From Eledone cirrhosa (Eukaryota): a stretch of DNA of 64,000 nucleotides. Shown here in pieces: positions 50,600-63,572 of this stretch; positions within the stretch are counted from its first letter, which is position 1, and every line of letters starts with the position of its first letter. A program made the translations under genes and the position numbers. The notes below the pieces were generated by a model. It saw only the letters and a program-made list of their open reading frames with translations. It was not told the origin of the DNA and made no database searches. The DNA is taken from NCBI GenBank assembly GCA_964016885.1, contig OZ024758.1, forward strand, positions 23,870,001 through 23,934,000. The letters are read 5' to 3'.

Positions 50600-53520
50600 G
50601 CAACAAGTACAGTCACAACAGTAACAGCAACAACAACAGCAGCAGTAACAACAACAAGTACAGTCACAACAGTAACAACAACAACAGTAACAGCAACAAG
50701 TACAGTCACAACAGTAACAACAACAACAGCAGTAACAACAACAAGTACAGTCACAACAGTAACAGCAACAAGTACATTCACAACAACAACAGTAACAACA
50801 AGTAGTCACAACAGTAACAACAGCAGTAACAACAACAAGTATAGTCACAATAGTAACAAGTACATTCACAACAACAACAGTAACAACAACAAATACAGTC
50901 ACAACAGTAACAACAACAGTAACAGCAACAACTGTAACAACAACAACAACAATAACAACAAGTACAGTCACAACAGTAACAACAACAACAGTAACAACAA
51001 CAAGTACAGTCACAACAGTAACAAGTACATTCACAACAACAACAGTAACAACAAATGTAACAACAACAGTAACAGCAACAAGTACAGTCACAACAGTAAC
51101 AACAACAACAGCAAGCACAGTCACAACAGTAACAACAACAAGTACAGTCACAACAGTAACACCACAACAACTGTTACTGTACTTGTTGTTGTTACTGTTG
51201 TAACAACAACAACAACAAGTACAATCACAACCGTAACAACAACAGCAACAGTAACAACAAGTATAGTCACAGCAGTAACAGCAACAAGTACAGTCACAAC
51301 AGTAACAACAACAACAACAACAGTAACAACAACAAGCACAGTCACAACAGTAACAGCAAAAAGCAGAGTCACAACAGTAACAACAACAACAACAACAAGT
51401 ACAGTTACAACAGTAACAACAACAAGTACAGTCACAACAGTAATAACAACAGTAACAACAAGTACAGTCACAATAGTAACAGCAACAAGTACAGTCACAA
51501 CAGTAACAACAACAACAACAACAGTAACAATAACAAGCACAGTCACAACAGTAACAGCAAAAAGCACAGTCACAACAGTAACAACAACAACAGTAACAGC
51601 AACAACTACAGTTACAACAGTAACAACAACAACAAGTACAGTCACAACAGTAATAACAACAGTAACAACAAGTACAGTCACAATAGTAACAGCAACAAGT
51701 ACAGTCACAACAGTAACAACAACAACAACAGTAACAATAACAAGCACAGTCACAACAACAACAACAACAGTAACAATAACAAGCACAACAGTAACAGCAA
51801 AAAGCACAGTCACAACAGTAACAACAACAACAACTGCAACAACAACAACAATAACAATAACAAGTACAGTTACAACAGTAACAACAACAAGTACAGTCAC
51901 AACAGTGATAACAACAAGTACAGTCACAACAGTAATAACAACAGTAACAACAAGTACAGTCACAATAGTAACAGCAACAAGTACAGTTACAACAGTAACA
52001 ACAACAAGTACAGTCACAACAGTAATAACAACAGTAACAACAAGTACAGTCACAATAGTAACAGCAACAAGTACAGTTACAACAGTAACAACAACAAGTA
52101 CAGTCACAACAGTAATAACAACAAGTACAGTCACAACAGTAATAACAACAGTAACAACAAGTACAGTCACAATAGTAACAGCAACAAGTACAGTTACAAC
52201 AGTAACAACAACAAGTACAGTCACAACAGTAATAACAACAGTAACAACAAGTACAGTCACAATAGTAACAGCAACAAGTACAGTCACAACAGTAACAACA
52301 AAAACAACAAGCACAGTCACAACAGTAACAGCAAAAAGCACAGTCACAACAGTAACAACAACAACAATAACAGCAACAAGTACAGTTACAACAGTAACAA
52401 CAACAAGTACAGTCACAACAGTAATAACAGTAACAACAAGTACAGTCACAATAGTAACAGCAACAAGTACAGTCACAACAGTAACAACAACAACAACAAC
52501 AACAGTAACAATAACAAGCACAGTCACAACAGTAACAGCAAAAAGCACAGTCACAACAGTAACAACAACAACAACAACTGTAACAACAACAATAACAGCA
52601 ACAAGTACAGTTACAACAGTAACAACAACAACAAGTACAGTCACAACAGTAATAACAACAGTAACAACAAGTACAGTCACAATAGTAACAGCAACAAGTA
52701 CAGTCACAACAGTAACAACAACAACAACAACAGTAACAATAACAAGCACAGTCACAACAGTAACAGCAAAAAGCACAGTCACAACAGTAACAACAAAAAG
52801 CACAGTCACAACAGTAACAACAACAATAACTGTAACAACAACAACAATAACAGCAACAAGTACAGTTACAACAGTAACAACAACAACAAGTACAGTCACA
52901 ACAGTAATAACAGTAACAACAAGTACAGTCACAATAGTAACAGCAACAAGTACAGTCACAACAGTAACAACAACAACAGTAACAATAACAAACACAGTCA
53001 CAACAGTAACAGCAAAAAGCAGTCACAACAGTAACAACAACAACAACTGTAACAACAACAACAACAAGTACAGTTACAACAGTAACAACAGTAACAACAA
53101 GTACAGTCACAATAGTAACAGCAACAAGTACAGTCACAACAGTAACAACAACAACAACAGTAACAGCAAAAAGCACAGTCACAACAGTAACAACAACAAC
53201 AACTGCAACAACAACAACAATAACAGCAACAAGTACAGTTACAACAGTAACAACAACAGTAACAAGTACAGTCACAACAGTAACAACAACAAGCACAGTC
53301 AACAGTAACAACAGCCACAACAGTAACAACAACAAGTACAACAGTAAACAACAAGTAACAGTAACAACAACAAGTACAACAATAACATCAAGTACAACAA
53401 TAACAACAGCAAGTACAACAACTACAACAGTAACAACAATAACAAGTACAACAATAACAACAAGTACAACAGTAATAACAAGTACAACAATAACAACAAG
53501 TACAGCAGTAACAATAACGA
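50600..53520. repeat. ACA-based minisatellite
   Basis: ACAAGTACAGTCACAACAGTA(ACA)n. Confidence 0.9.
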
Positions 53521-54328
53521 CTCTGCTGTCCTCAACGCGCCATCGAAACTATAGTCATAAAGCAGGCGAAAGCAAACCTACTACTACAATAACATTTTAT
53601 ACGGAACAAACACACACTATCTCTCTCTCTCACACACACTATCTCTGTCTCTCACACACAGACACACACACAATCTCTCTCTCTCACACACACACACACA
53701 CAATCTCTCACAAAGACACACACACAAACACTATCTCTCTGTCTCTCACACACACACACACTTTCCGTCTCTCATACACAAACACACACACAGACTATCT
53801 CACACACAAACACATACATACATATACACATGCACCGCGCGCGCGCACACACACACCCTCTCACACACACACACACACACACACCTCATAACATTGCTGC
53901 TGCAATAGAAGAGGTGGTGACAGTGGCGGTGGCGGTGTGTTAATGGTAGTGAAAAGGCTGGCGTTGACGGAGGTGACGCTGACGGAAGTGGAAGACTCGG
54001 TAGTAGAGAACTAGAAGAAAATCTAAGAAGAAAGAAGAAAGAAGAAAAAAGGAGGAAGAAAGAAGAAAAAAGGAGGAAGACAGAAAGAGAAAAAGAAAAG
54101 TAGATACATTGCTATCAGAAAAAAAATAACAACAACAACAACACCATGTATCATTAGGTACGTGTGTGTGTGTGTGTGTGTGTCTCAAAGGTGGAAACAA
54201 AAAGTACAAACAATTACATAAAAAAGAAAGACTGCAGCAGATAACTATAGAGAGTTTATCGTCTGCTTCTTTCACACCTGCCAGTTTCCGTATCGAACAC
54301 AACACTGGCCGATCGGTATCTGACTACA

Positions 54329-54838
54329 ATGGCAGTTAATGAAAATATTAATTATTGTAACATACAGAGAGCTGTACCTACAGCATGGTCTAGTTCTATT
54401 CTACAGGACCCAGCTTCTATGATACGTCACCTCTTCATTCAGGAACTTTTACTCACTGTTTTCGTGTTGGTCTGTTTCGTGTTAATTCGGACGATTTATA
54501 CAGTTGTAAAGCGTCGCTATGCTCGGATTACAGTCTTTGTAATAGGCGGTGGTCCTATTGGGCTAACAGCAATGTTTATTGCCGCCAAATGCGTTCGGGT
54601 AGCGCGTCTGGTCCTTTTCGAAGAACTCTGTCGAAGTTCCTTAATAAACAGACTTAATCAACTTGCTTTCGATATGCCCAGTATAAACTTTCTCAAAGAA
54701 CTTGGAATAGATTTCCATAATATGGAAGGCTGTTGGCAACATAATAGCTTTTCTACCCGAGCCGGTATTTTTCAGGAGTACCTTTTGAATCTAATTTCCA
54801 AAATGGACGTGCCGATTGAAATGAAATTTCAAACAAAA
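54329..54838 (+). CDS. First coding exon of a membrane-anchored FAD-dependent oxidoreductase/monooxygenase-like protein
   Basis: ATG in ACAATGG context; hydrophobic helix LLLTVFVLVCFVLI followed by KRR; Rossmann motif VFVIGGGPIGL..LVLFEE; 170 codons, then phase-0 donor GTAAGT at 54839. Confidence 0.85.
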
Positions 54839-55343
54839 GTAAGTTATGTATAATATATGATTAATATCTTCATCCTAACACATAACCATTTCAGCGCATC
54901 TTTTATTTTGATTTCAGTGAAAAAATATATTTAGTGTGACTTTCATGTAAATACTGAATTTGAATGAACTAGCATGCTTATTCATTGATTCGATACTAAG
55001 AGCGGGACTGGATTAACCCCTAACAAAGTAACCCCACACTTAGGGCATCAAGGGAAAACGGACACTATTTTGTTCAAATGTATAAATGTATTTATTATTC
55101 CGAAATATATATTTTTTGCCGGCTTAATATATGGTTGGGTGAGGGCCACGGAAATGTTTTAAATGGTTAGGGTCTCAGAGCGAGATAATCCGTCCCTGGT
55201 TAAGACAACATGCTACAAATTTAAAGAAGAGATGAAATGAGATGTTGTGGCGATCATTGCTTTCTTAGAAATTACAATATGTGATATAAATGAAGTGAAG
55301 TGACATCGAGTTATAATCGAAAGCTGTTCATCTATCATGATAC

Positions 55344-55666
55344 CAGACCTGTGAACCTCTAAATATCCAAACGGGGGGGGGGGGGGGGGGGGGGGGGGGG
55401 ACCATGAAAAAAGTCGCCCCAAAACGGAGAGAAATGAGGCAAAATGGGGTGATTTTACCTAATTGTTTCTACTTTAGGCACAAGGCCAGCAATTACCCAG
55501 TGCATTACTGGTACTTTATTTTATCGACCCCGTAAGGATGAAAGGCAAAGTTAACCTGATTTTACATAATGAAAGCTAAACCCATTTTCACAAGAGAAGA
55601 CATCTCTCCCCCACCCGAGAGTGGGTAGGAGATCTCCCCGTCGGACAGGGGGAGTCGACAGGTTTG
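55344..55666. mobile_element. MITE with 6-bp TSD, containing a SINE tail
   Basis: CAGACCTGTGAAC..GTCGACAGGTTTG, flanked by TGATAC on both sides. Confidence 0.7.
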
Positions 55667-55808
55667 TGATACATAACGTTTTCACCAGTGGTTAGGATCT
55701 CCGAAGGACATAAACCGACCCCGGTTAAGACACAATGCGACACATTTAAAGGAGAGATGAAATTAGATGTTGTGGCGATCATTACTTTCTTGGAAATTAT
55801 AATATAAG

Positions 55809-56435
55809 CAGACCTGTCAACTCTCCCCGTCCCACGGAGATATCTCCCACCCACCCACTTTCGGATGAGTGAGAGATGTCTTGTGAAAATGGATATAGCT
55901 TTCATTATGTAAAATAAAGTACGTCCCTTTACGATCCGAGTTCAAATCCCGCCGAGGTTGACTTTGCCTTTCATCCTTACGGGGTCGATAAAATAAAGTA
56001 CCAGTAATGCACTGGGTAATTGCTGGCCTTGTGCCTAAACTAGAAACAATTATGTAAAATAAAGTACCAGTAATACACTGGGTAATTTGCTGGCCTTGTG
56101 CCTAAACTAGAAACAATTATGTAAAATAAAGTACCAGTAATACACTGGGTATTTGCTGGCCTTGTGCCTAAAGTGGAAACAATTATGTAAAATAAAGTAC
56201 CAGTAATGCACTGGGTATTTGCTGGCCTTGTGCCTAAAGTGGAAACACTTATGTAAAATAAAGTACCAGTAATGCACTGGGTAATTGCTGGCCTTGTCCC
56301 AAAAAGAAACAATTATGTAAAATCTACCCATTTCGTCCCATTTCACCCCGTTTTTTGGGGGGTGGTGGTGGGGGTAAGGTGGGTAATTTTTTTACGGTTC
56401 TCCCACGTTTGGGATTTTAGAGGTTGACAGGTGTG
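55809..56435. mobile_element. Same MITE family in opposite orientation, containing a SINE with a ~5x tandem tail
   Basis: CAGACCTGTCAAC..GTTGACAGGTGTG, flanked by TATAAG / GATAAG. Confidence 0.7.
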
Positions 56436-56785
56436 GATAAGTGATATAACGAAAGTGAAATGTCTAAGTTATATTGGAAAGCTGCTGACCACCTCAGTCA
56501 ATCGTATAATACACAACATTTTCACTATAAATCTTGCAAAATGTGCGATTGCTATACAGTTCTATTTTTCTGTGAAACCACCCCCTTAAAAATCAATACT
56601 ATACCAGGTATGAAATCGATAGTAATACAGACTGACTTCGGACCCGACCAATTTGTTTTCTATAGAAGGTTCACAATGAATTCAATATTGAGCCCATCCT
56701 TACATATTCTGTCCGTTGAAATGTTTATATATTTATAGCTATTGTTTTGCTTCTGAGTGGTTTATGATGTAGATTACATACTCTG

Positions 56786-56786
<1 letters not shown>

Positions 56787-56826
<40 letters not shown>

Positions 56827-57770
56827 CATACGTACGTACATACATACGTATATACATACCTATATACATGTATACGTACATGCATACGTACATACATACG
56901 TAAGTACATGCATACGTACATACATACGTACATACATGCATACGTACATACATACGTACATACATACATGCGTACATACATACGTACATACATACATGCG
57001 TACATACATACATACATGCGTACATACATACATACATGCGTACATACGTACATACATACATACATACATACGTATATACATACATACATACGTATATACA
57101 TACATATATACATACATACGTACATACATACATGTATACGTACATACATACATGTATACGTACATATATACATGTATACGTACATATATACATGTATACG
57201 TACATGTATACGTACATACATACGTACATACATACATGTATACGTACATACATACATGTATACGTACATATATACATGTATACGTACATATATACATGTA
57301 TGCGTACATACATATATACGTACATACATATATACATACATACATGCATACACAGATACATACATGCATACATACATTCATGTATACATACATGCATGCA
57401 TGCATACATTCATACATACATATATACCCATACGTAGGTACATACATATATACGTGTATATATATATGCATTCATACGTATATATATATAGATACACATA
57501 CATACATGTATACGTACAGACATACATACATACATACACACAGGTACATCCATGCATACACAGGTACATACATACATTCATGTATACATACATACATGCA
57601 TGCATACATACATATATACCCATACGTAGGTACATACATATATACGTATATATATATATATACATTAATACGTATATATATATAGATACACACAGACTAA
57701 TTTTCCAATCATATATATATATATATGTGAGTGTGTGTATGTAAATATAGGTACATATGTATATACACCT
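56787..57770. repeat. (TA)n/(TACA)n-derived low-complexity tract
   Basis: Direct reading. Confidence 0.9.
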
Positions 57771-57924
57771 TTCTCCTCCCCCTCTCTCTCTCTACACACA
57801 CACAAACTGTAGATTTGTAGTTTACTGAGGAAGGTATCAACAGTGTGCGTGTGCGTGTGCGTGTGCGTGTGCGTGTGCGTGTGCGTGTGCGTGTGTGTGT
57901 GTGAAGGGAAAAGGAGCTCTTAAG

Positions 57925-58400
57925 AGTCAATGCGACAAGTACAGAGAGATCTCCAGATACAAAGCAATGCCTGTGCCGTGAAGCTTTTATAGTGAGCAAA
58001 GGCACTGCACAAAGCCAGTCCCACTCTCGTAACCAAGATGATATTTACCAAAAAGAAGAACAAGTCAACATCATTGGATACCATCAGGGTTGCAGGTGTT
58101 ATATCAGAGTTTTCCTTCTCCTAGAATTCTGCCTTGACAAAGGCTAAGGGGTCATCTCTCCCGGTGATTTTGGATGGCCATTGACTCTTAAGAGCTCCTT
58201 TGCCCTTTGACAGGTTTTGTTTTTAGTCCTGCAGGATGTCCAAAGTCACGCTCTTCACCAAGAAACCTTGGTGGGGTTGCCAGTTTAGTCGCCAACGACC
58301 CGACCATGAGACAGGTTGTACTGGGATACATGTTACCAGTAGCACCAACTGGTGACCTGACCCGACCAATTTCCAACTCACTCAACAAACATTAGGAAAT
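57925..58400 (-). mobile_element. RTE-5'UTR-like non-autonomous element
   Basis: Homologous to 5282-5480, extended 5' by a GC-richer segment. Confidence 0.6.
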
Positions 58401-58529
58401 ACCGGAGTATATTCCCAATTAAACGTTTGGGGTGCTAACTATATTGTATTGTGTGGATAATCGGGTATATTATTTTATATGAGATATATTAAAGATCTCA
58501 TTACCCATATCTATATATATATATATATA

Positions 58530-58694
58530 TAGGAAAAGCGTCAGGACCCCGACGGCTGAGCTCCGGCCGTTTCAGATCTAGCTGGCGGAGCTCAGCCGTC
58601 GGGGTCTTGACTCTTTTCCTATTACCCACTCTAATACCTTAAGTATGGAGTACTCTGGTGCGTTATGGTCCACCTGGTTTCTTACTTCACTTTG

Positions 58695-58697
<3 letters not shown>
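58530..58697 (+). mobile_element. Fold-back element, family A
   Basis: GACCCCGACGGCTGAGCTCC..GGAGCTCAGCCGTCGGGGTC plus the shared tail. Confidence 0.75.
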
Positions 58698-58755
<58 letters not shown>

Positions 58756-58876
58756 CAAGGGAGTGTAAACACAGAAAATATCTTTACAGAAAATATCTGT
58801 TTAAAGCGTTAAACTAATATATTACTTCCATATACTGTACCGATTGTGTTATCTCTCTTTACCTTTTACACACACA

Positions 58877-58912
<36 letters not shown>

Positions 58913-58992
58913 TGAGTTGTTTATAGGTATATAGAAATTGCAACAAACAGTTATGAGTGGGGAAACTCGATAATGCAACAGTAATATTTATT

Positions 58993-59028
<36 letters not shown>

Positions 59029-59179
59029 TGATGTTCCACTTGGCGTAACCTGTTCTCCGAGACTACCCAACACTAACTATATATATAGATATATAAACTA
59101 AGCACACAACACACACAAAAACAAGATGGCGTAGGACAGAACAAAGGAGAGGCACAAAAACAAAGAAAAGAATCCCTAA

Positions 59180-59220
59180 TCACTGAAGAGGTCACAGAAT
59201 GTGTGACGAAAGAACTTTGA
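59180..59220 (+). ncRNA. Minimal hammerhead motif
   Basis: TCA-CTGAAGA-G-GTCACA.GAATG.TGTGAC-GAAA-GAAC-TT-TGA. Confidence 0.6.
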
Positions 59221-59394
59221 CAATATATAAACAATCATCTGGTTGTGGAACCAACCAACCAACCGGAAATTTATAAATTTATAAATTTATAAATTTATAA
59301 ATTTATTATAATAAATTGAAGTGAAAGCAACTGGTGCGTGTGTTTCTTATTGGCAACATGGCCCTCCCAAAGTATAACAATATGTATATATATA

Positions 59395-59604
59395 AATAGT
59401 GGTAGAACACTGGAAGGTAATATCCGTAGTGGTAGAGCACTCAGCCCATGGGACGAGTTAGGTAGAAGTGGTTACACAACAGTTAGTTCACCATACTGAG
59501 GACAATTGTTTCACATCAGCGGAAACAACTGGTGAAACAACTGTTCTCTTAGGTGAAACAATTGTTCTCGGTATGGTGAACTAACTGTTGTGTAACCACT
59601 TCTA
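59395..59604 (-). mobile_element. Fold-back element with partial hammerhead
   Basis: Palindrome 59463-59604; minus strand CTGATG-T-GAAA-CAATTG-TC; tail ACTC..GAGTGCT. Confidence 0.6.
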
Positions 59605-60035
59605 TATATATATGTATATATATATATGGTGGCTGCCAACTCGTTTTCGAGTACGGCGACTACTTTATATCCATGTAGGAGAACCCCTACCGATGCGCTG
59701 AACGAGTGTGACTTTTTAGTCCAGCCAGCGACTTGAAAACTCTGGTACAAACACTACACTTGTGACAATTATTGACACATAGTGCTGGGCCCATGGTACC
59801 ATGTGACGACAAGTGCAGAGAGATCTCCAGATATAAAGCAATGCCTGTGCCGTAAAGCTTTTATAGTGAGCAAAGGCACTGCACAAAGCCAGTCCCACTC
59901 TCTTAACCAAGATGGTATTTACCAAAAAGAAGAACATGTCAACATCATTGGATACCATCAGGGTTGCAGGTGTTATATCAGAGTTTTCCTTCTCCTAGAA
60001 TTCTGCCTTGACAAAGGCTACGGGGTCATCTCTCC

Positions 60036-60088
<53 letters not shown>

Positions 60089-60204
60089 AATGAGTTATAT
60101 GCTTTGTTGATGAATATTCAACATAATTAAATTTATAACATATATGAAGAACTCTGCAAGAAAAAAATAATAATAAATGGAAAATATCTTTATAACAACA
60201 TATT

Positions 60205-60257
60205 TATTTCATTATACATATTTCAAGGATTATAGTATGCTTTCTTCAGATAAAATA
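60205..60257 (-). ncRNA. Hammerhead, family C (left arm)
   Basis: Reverse complement of 60346-60398. Confidence 0.7.
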
Positions 60258-60345
60258 CAATATTTAGAGTTACGATATTGACAAACATAAGCCAACAATG
60301 CCCATTGTTGGCTTACGTTTGTCAATATCGTAACTCCAAATATTA

Positions 60346-60398
60346 TATTTTATCTGAAGAAAGCATACTATAATCCTTGAAATATGTATAATGAAATA
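60346..60398 (+). ncRNA. Hammerhead, family C (right arm)
   Basis: TATTTTAT-CTGAAGA-AAG.C..C.CTT-GAAA-TATGTA-TA-ATGAAATA. Confidence 0.7.
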
Positions 60399-60444
60399 AA
60401 TATGTTGTTATAAAGATATTTTCTACTTATTAATATTTTTAATA

Positions 60445-60484
<40 letters not shown>

Positions 60485-60780
60485 ATTATGTAATAAACAA
60501 CATAAGGCAATTATTCCATTTACCAGTGGTTTCTTAAAAGCAAAAGGTTTTGCTTTCAATCCTCAGAATGAAAAATCCTGGTTTTTCAATCCTCAGAATG
60601 AAAAATCCAGGATTTTTCATTCTGAGGATTGAAAGCAAAACCTTTTGCTTTTAAGAAACCACTGGTAAATGGAATAATTGCCTTATGTTGTTTATTACAT
60701 AATAATAATAATTAAGCTCTGTTGCTTACATAGAGCACTCTTTTTTCTTGGACTTTTCCGATGGAATTACTTCATTTATA
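60485..60780 (+). mobile_element. Fold-back element, family D
   Basis: Homologous to 28865-29120; CTGAGGA-TT-GAAA-GCAAAA.CC.TTTTGC-TT. Confidence 0.65.
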
Positions 60781-60974
60781 TATATATATATTTTCTTGCT
60801 TTTCCTCCTATTTACACCCTCTCTCATATCTCTAATTTGTTCTACGACCTTTTCTTCTTTAAGTTTATCATATTATTTTTGGTATATAAATATTGAGATT
60901 TGATGAAATAAATCACTGCCAATACTGGAATTGAATAATCAAGACCGTAGCGGTATGTCATATATCAAATCATA

Positions 60975-61041
60975 TATTTTGTCTGACGAGGACTTACTGA
61001 AAAAAACAACACAGTACTTTTGACATATATATAATAAAGTA
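60975..61041 (+). ncRNA. Family C hammerhead relic (GAAA mutated to GACA)
   Basis: TATTTTGT-CTGACGA-GGAC..-GACA-TATATA-TA-ATAAAGTA. Confidence 0.5.
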
Positions 61042-61087
61042 TATATTTTGATTATGCGAATATTTTTCATTTGTTAACATTTTGAAT

Positions 61088-61138
<51 letters not shown>

Positions 61139-61335
61139 AAAGAATAGAGGTGTAACACACGGACGCTCTATCTCAAAATTATTTTTGAAAAGCATTTAGA
61201 AATGCGCAACCGGTAAAACTTAAAACCTAAACTGAATACTAACCAATACAATTACAAAGTCTCATTTATTCCTAATTAAACTATTTTTCACTGTGAACAA
61301 TTTGTCAGCATTTTCTATTCCGTTTACCAATATAT

Positions 61336-61381
<46 letters not shown>

Positions 61382-62039
61382 GGCATTGTTTTGTGGATGG
61401 AGTTGTTTTTATTTACCGAGGCTAAATTTGAACTCCGAAGACAAAGAGGTTGAACAGCCACTGCAAGGCATCTCGTCCAGCGCTCTGGCAGTTACACCTT
61501 TAACCAATAGTTCATTTATCATCTGTAAAATATTGCTGCAAGGCTAAGTTGCGCTTAATGGAATCGCAGAGAAATGGAAAGGATTAATACAAGGCTTTTT
61601 CTCTAAAAGCTCTAACTCTGACTATCTATCTATATATATATCTCTCTATATATATCTATATATATATATATCTATATATATATATCTATATATATCTATA
61701 TATATATATCTATATATATATATATCTATATATATATATATCTATATATATATATCTATATATATATATCTCTCTATATATATCTATATATATATATCTA
61801 TATATATATATCTATATATATATATCTATATCTATATATATATATCTATATATATATATCTATATATATATGTATCTATATATATATATCTATATATATA
61901 TATCTATATATATATGTATCTATCTATATATCTCTCTATCTATATATCTCTCTATATATAGATATATATATATGTATCTATCTATATATCTCTCTCTCTA
62001 TATATATATCTATATATCTCTCTATATCTATATATCTCG

Positions 62040-62232
62040 AAGGAAATCTGGTAAGGAACCAGGTGGACCATAACGCACCAAAGTACTCAATACTTAGGGT
62101 AGTAGAGTGGGTAATAGGAACAAGTAAGACCCCGACGGCTGAGCTCAAGCCGTTTCGACGGCTAATTCTGAGTACAGAATTAGCCGTCGAAACGGCTTGA
62201 GCTCAGCCGTCGGGGTCTTACTTGTTCCTATT
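62040..62232 (-). mobile_element. Fold-back element, family A, inside a (TA/TC)n tract
   Basis: Palindrome 62113-62232 with the tail on the left. Confidence 0.8.
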
Positions 62233-63414
62233 ATCTATATATCTCTCTCTCTATATATATATATCTATATCTCTCTCTCTCTATATATATATCTATATAT
62301 CTCTCTCTCTATATATATATATCTATATATCTCTCTCTCTATATATATATATCTATATATCTCTCTCTCTATATATATATCTATATATCTCTCTCTATAT
62401 ATATATCTATATATCTCTCTCTCTATATATATCTATATATCTCTCTCTCTATATATATCTATATATCTCTCTCTCTATATATATCTATATATCTCTCTCT
62501 CTATATATATCTATATATCTCTCTCTCTATATATATCTATATATCTCTCTCTCTATATATATCTATATATCTCTCTCTCTATATATATATCTATATATCT
62601 CTCTCTCTATATATATCTATATATCTCTCTCTATATATATCTCTCTCTATATATCTCTCTCTATATATCTCTCTCTCTATATATATCTCTCTCTATATAT
62701 ATCTCTCTCTATATATATCTCTCTCTATATATATCTCTCTCTATATATATCTCTCTCTATATATATCTCTCTCTATATATATCTCATATATATATATATA
62801 GAGATATATATATAGAGATATATATATATATATATAGAGAGAGAGATATATATATCTCTATATATATATCTATATATCTCTCTCTCTCTCTATATATATA
62901 TATATCTATATATCTATCTCTATATCTCTATATATCTATCTATCTCTATATCTATCTCTATATATCTATCTATCTCTATATCTATCTATATATATCTATA
63001 TATCTCTATATATCTATCTATCTATATATATCTATATATCTCTATATATCTATCTATCTATATATATCTATATATCTCTATATATCTATCTATCTATATA
63101 TATCTATATATCTCTATATATCTATCTATATATATCTATCTATATATATCTCTATATCTATATATATCTATATCTATCTCTATATCTATATATATCTATA
63201 TCTATCTCTATATCTATATATATCTATATCTATCTCTATATCTATATATATCTATATCTATCTCTATATCTATATATCTATATATCTCTCTCTATATATA
63301 TCTATCTATATATCTCTCTCACATATCAGCACCATAAATTAAACTTAAGGGTCAGTCCACTTGGGGTTCCCATCGGACAGGCTGATGATGACATTGCTCC
63401 GGAGGATGGCAAGT

Positions 63415-63525
63415 GAAATCCCGCCGAGGTTGACTTTGCCTTTCATCCTTACGGGGTCAATAAAATAAAGTACCAGTAATGCACTGTGTAATTGCTGGCC
63501 TTGTGCCAAAAGTAGAAACAATTAT
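63415..63525 (+). mobile_element. 5'-truncated SINE
   Basis: Matches the SINE 3' half. Confidence 0.8.
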
Positions 63526-63572
63526 TATATCTTCTCAGATAAATGATAACAGACACAAAGCTAACTCAGCAA

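Noticed and set aside
50558-53341. 927-aa Cys-rich, metallothionein- or keratin-like ORF
   Set aside because: Antisense reading of an (ACA)n-based satellite.
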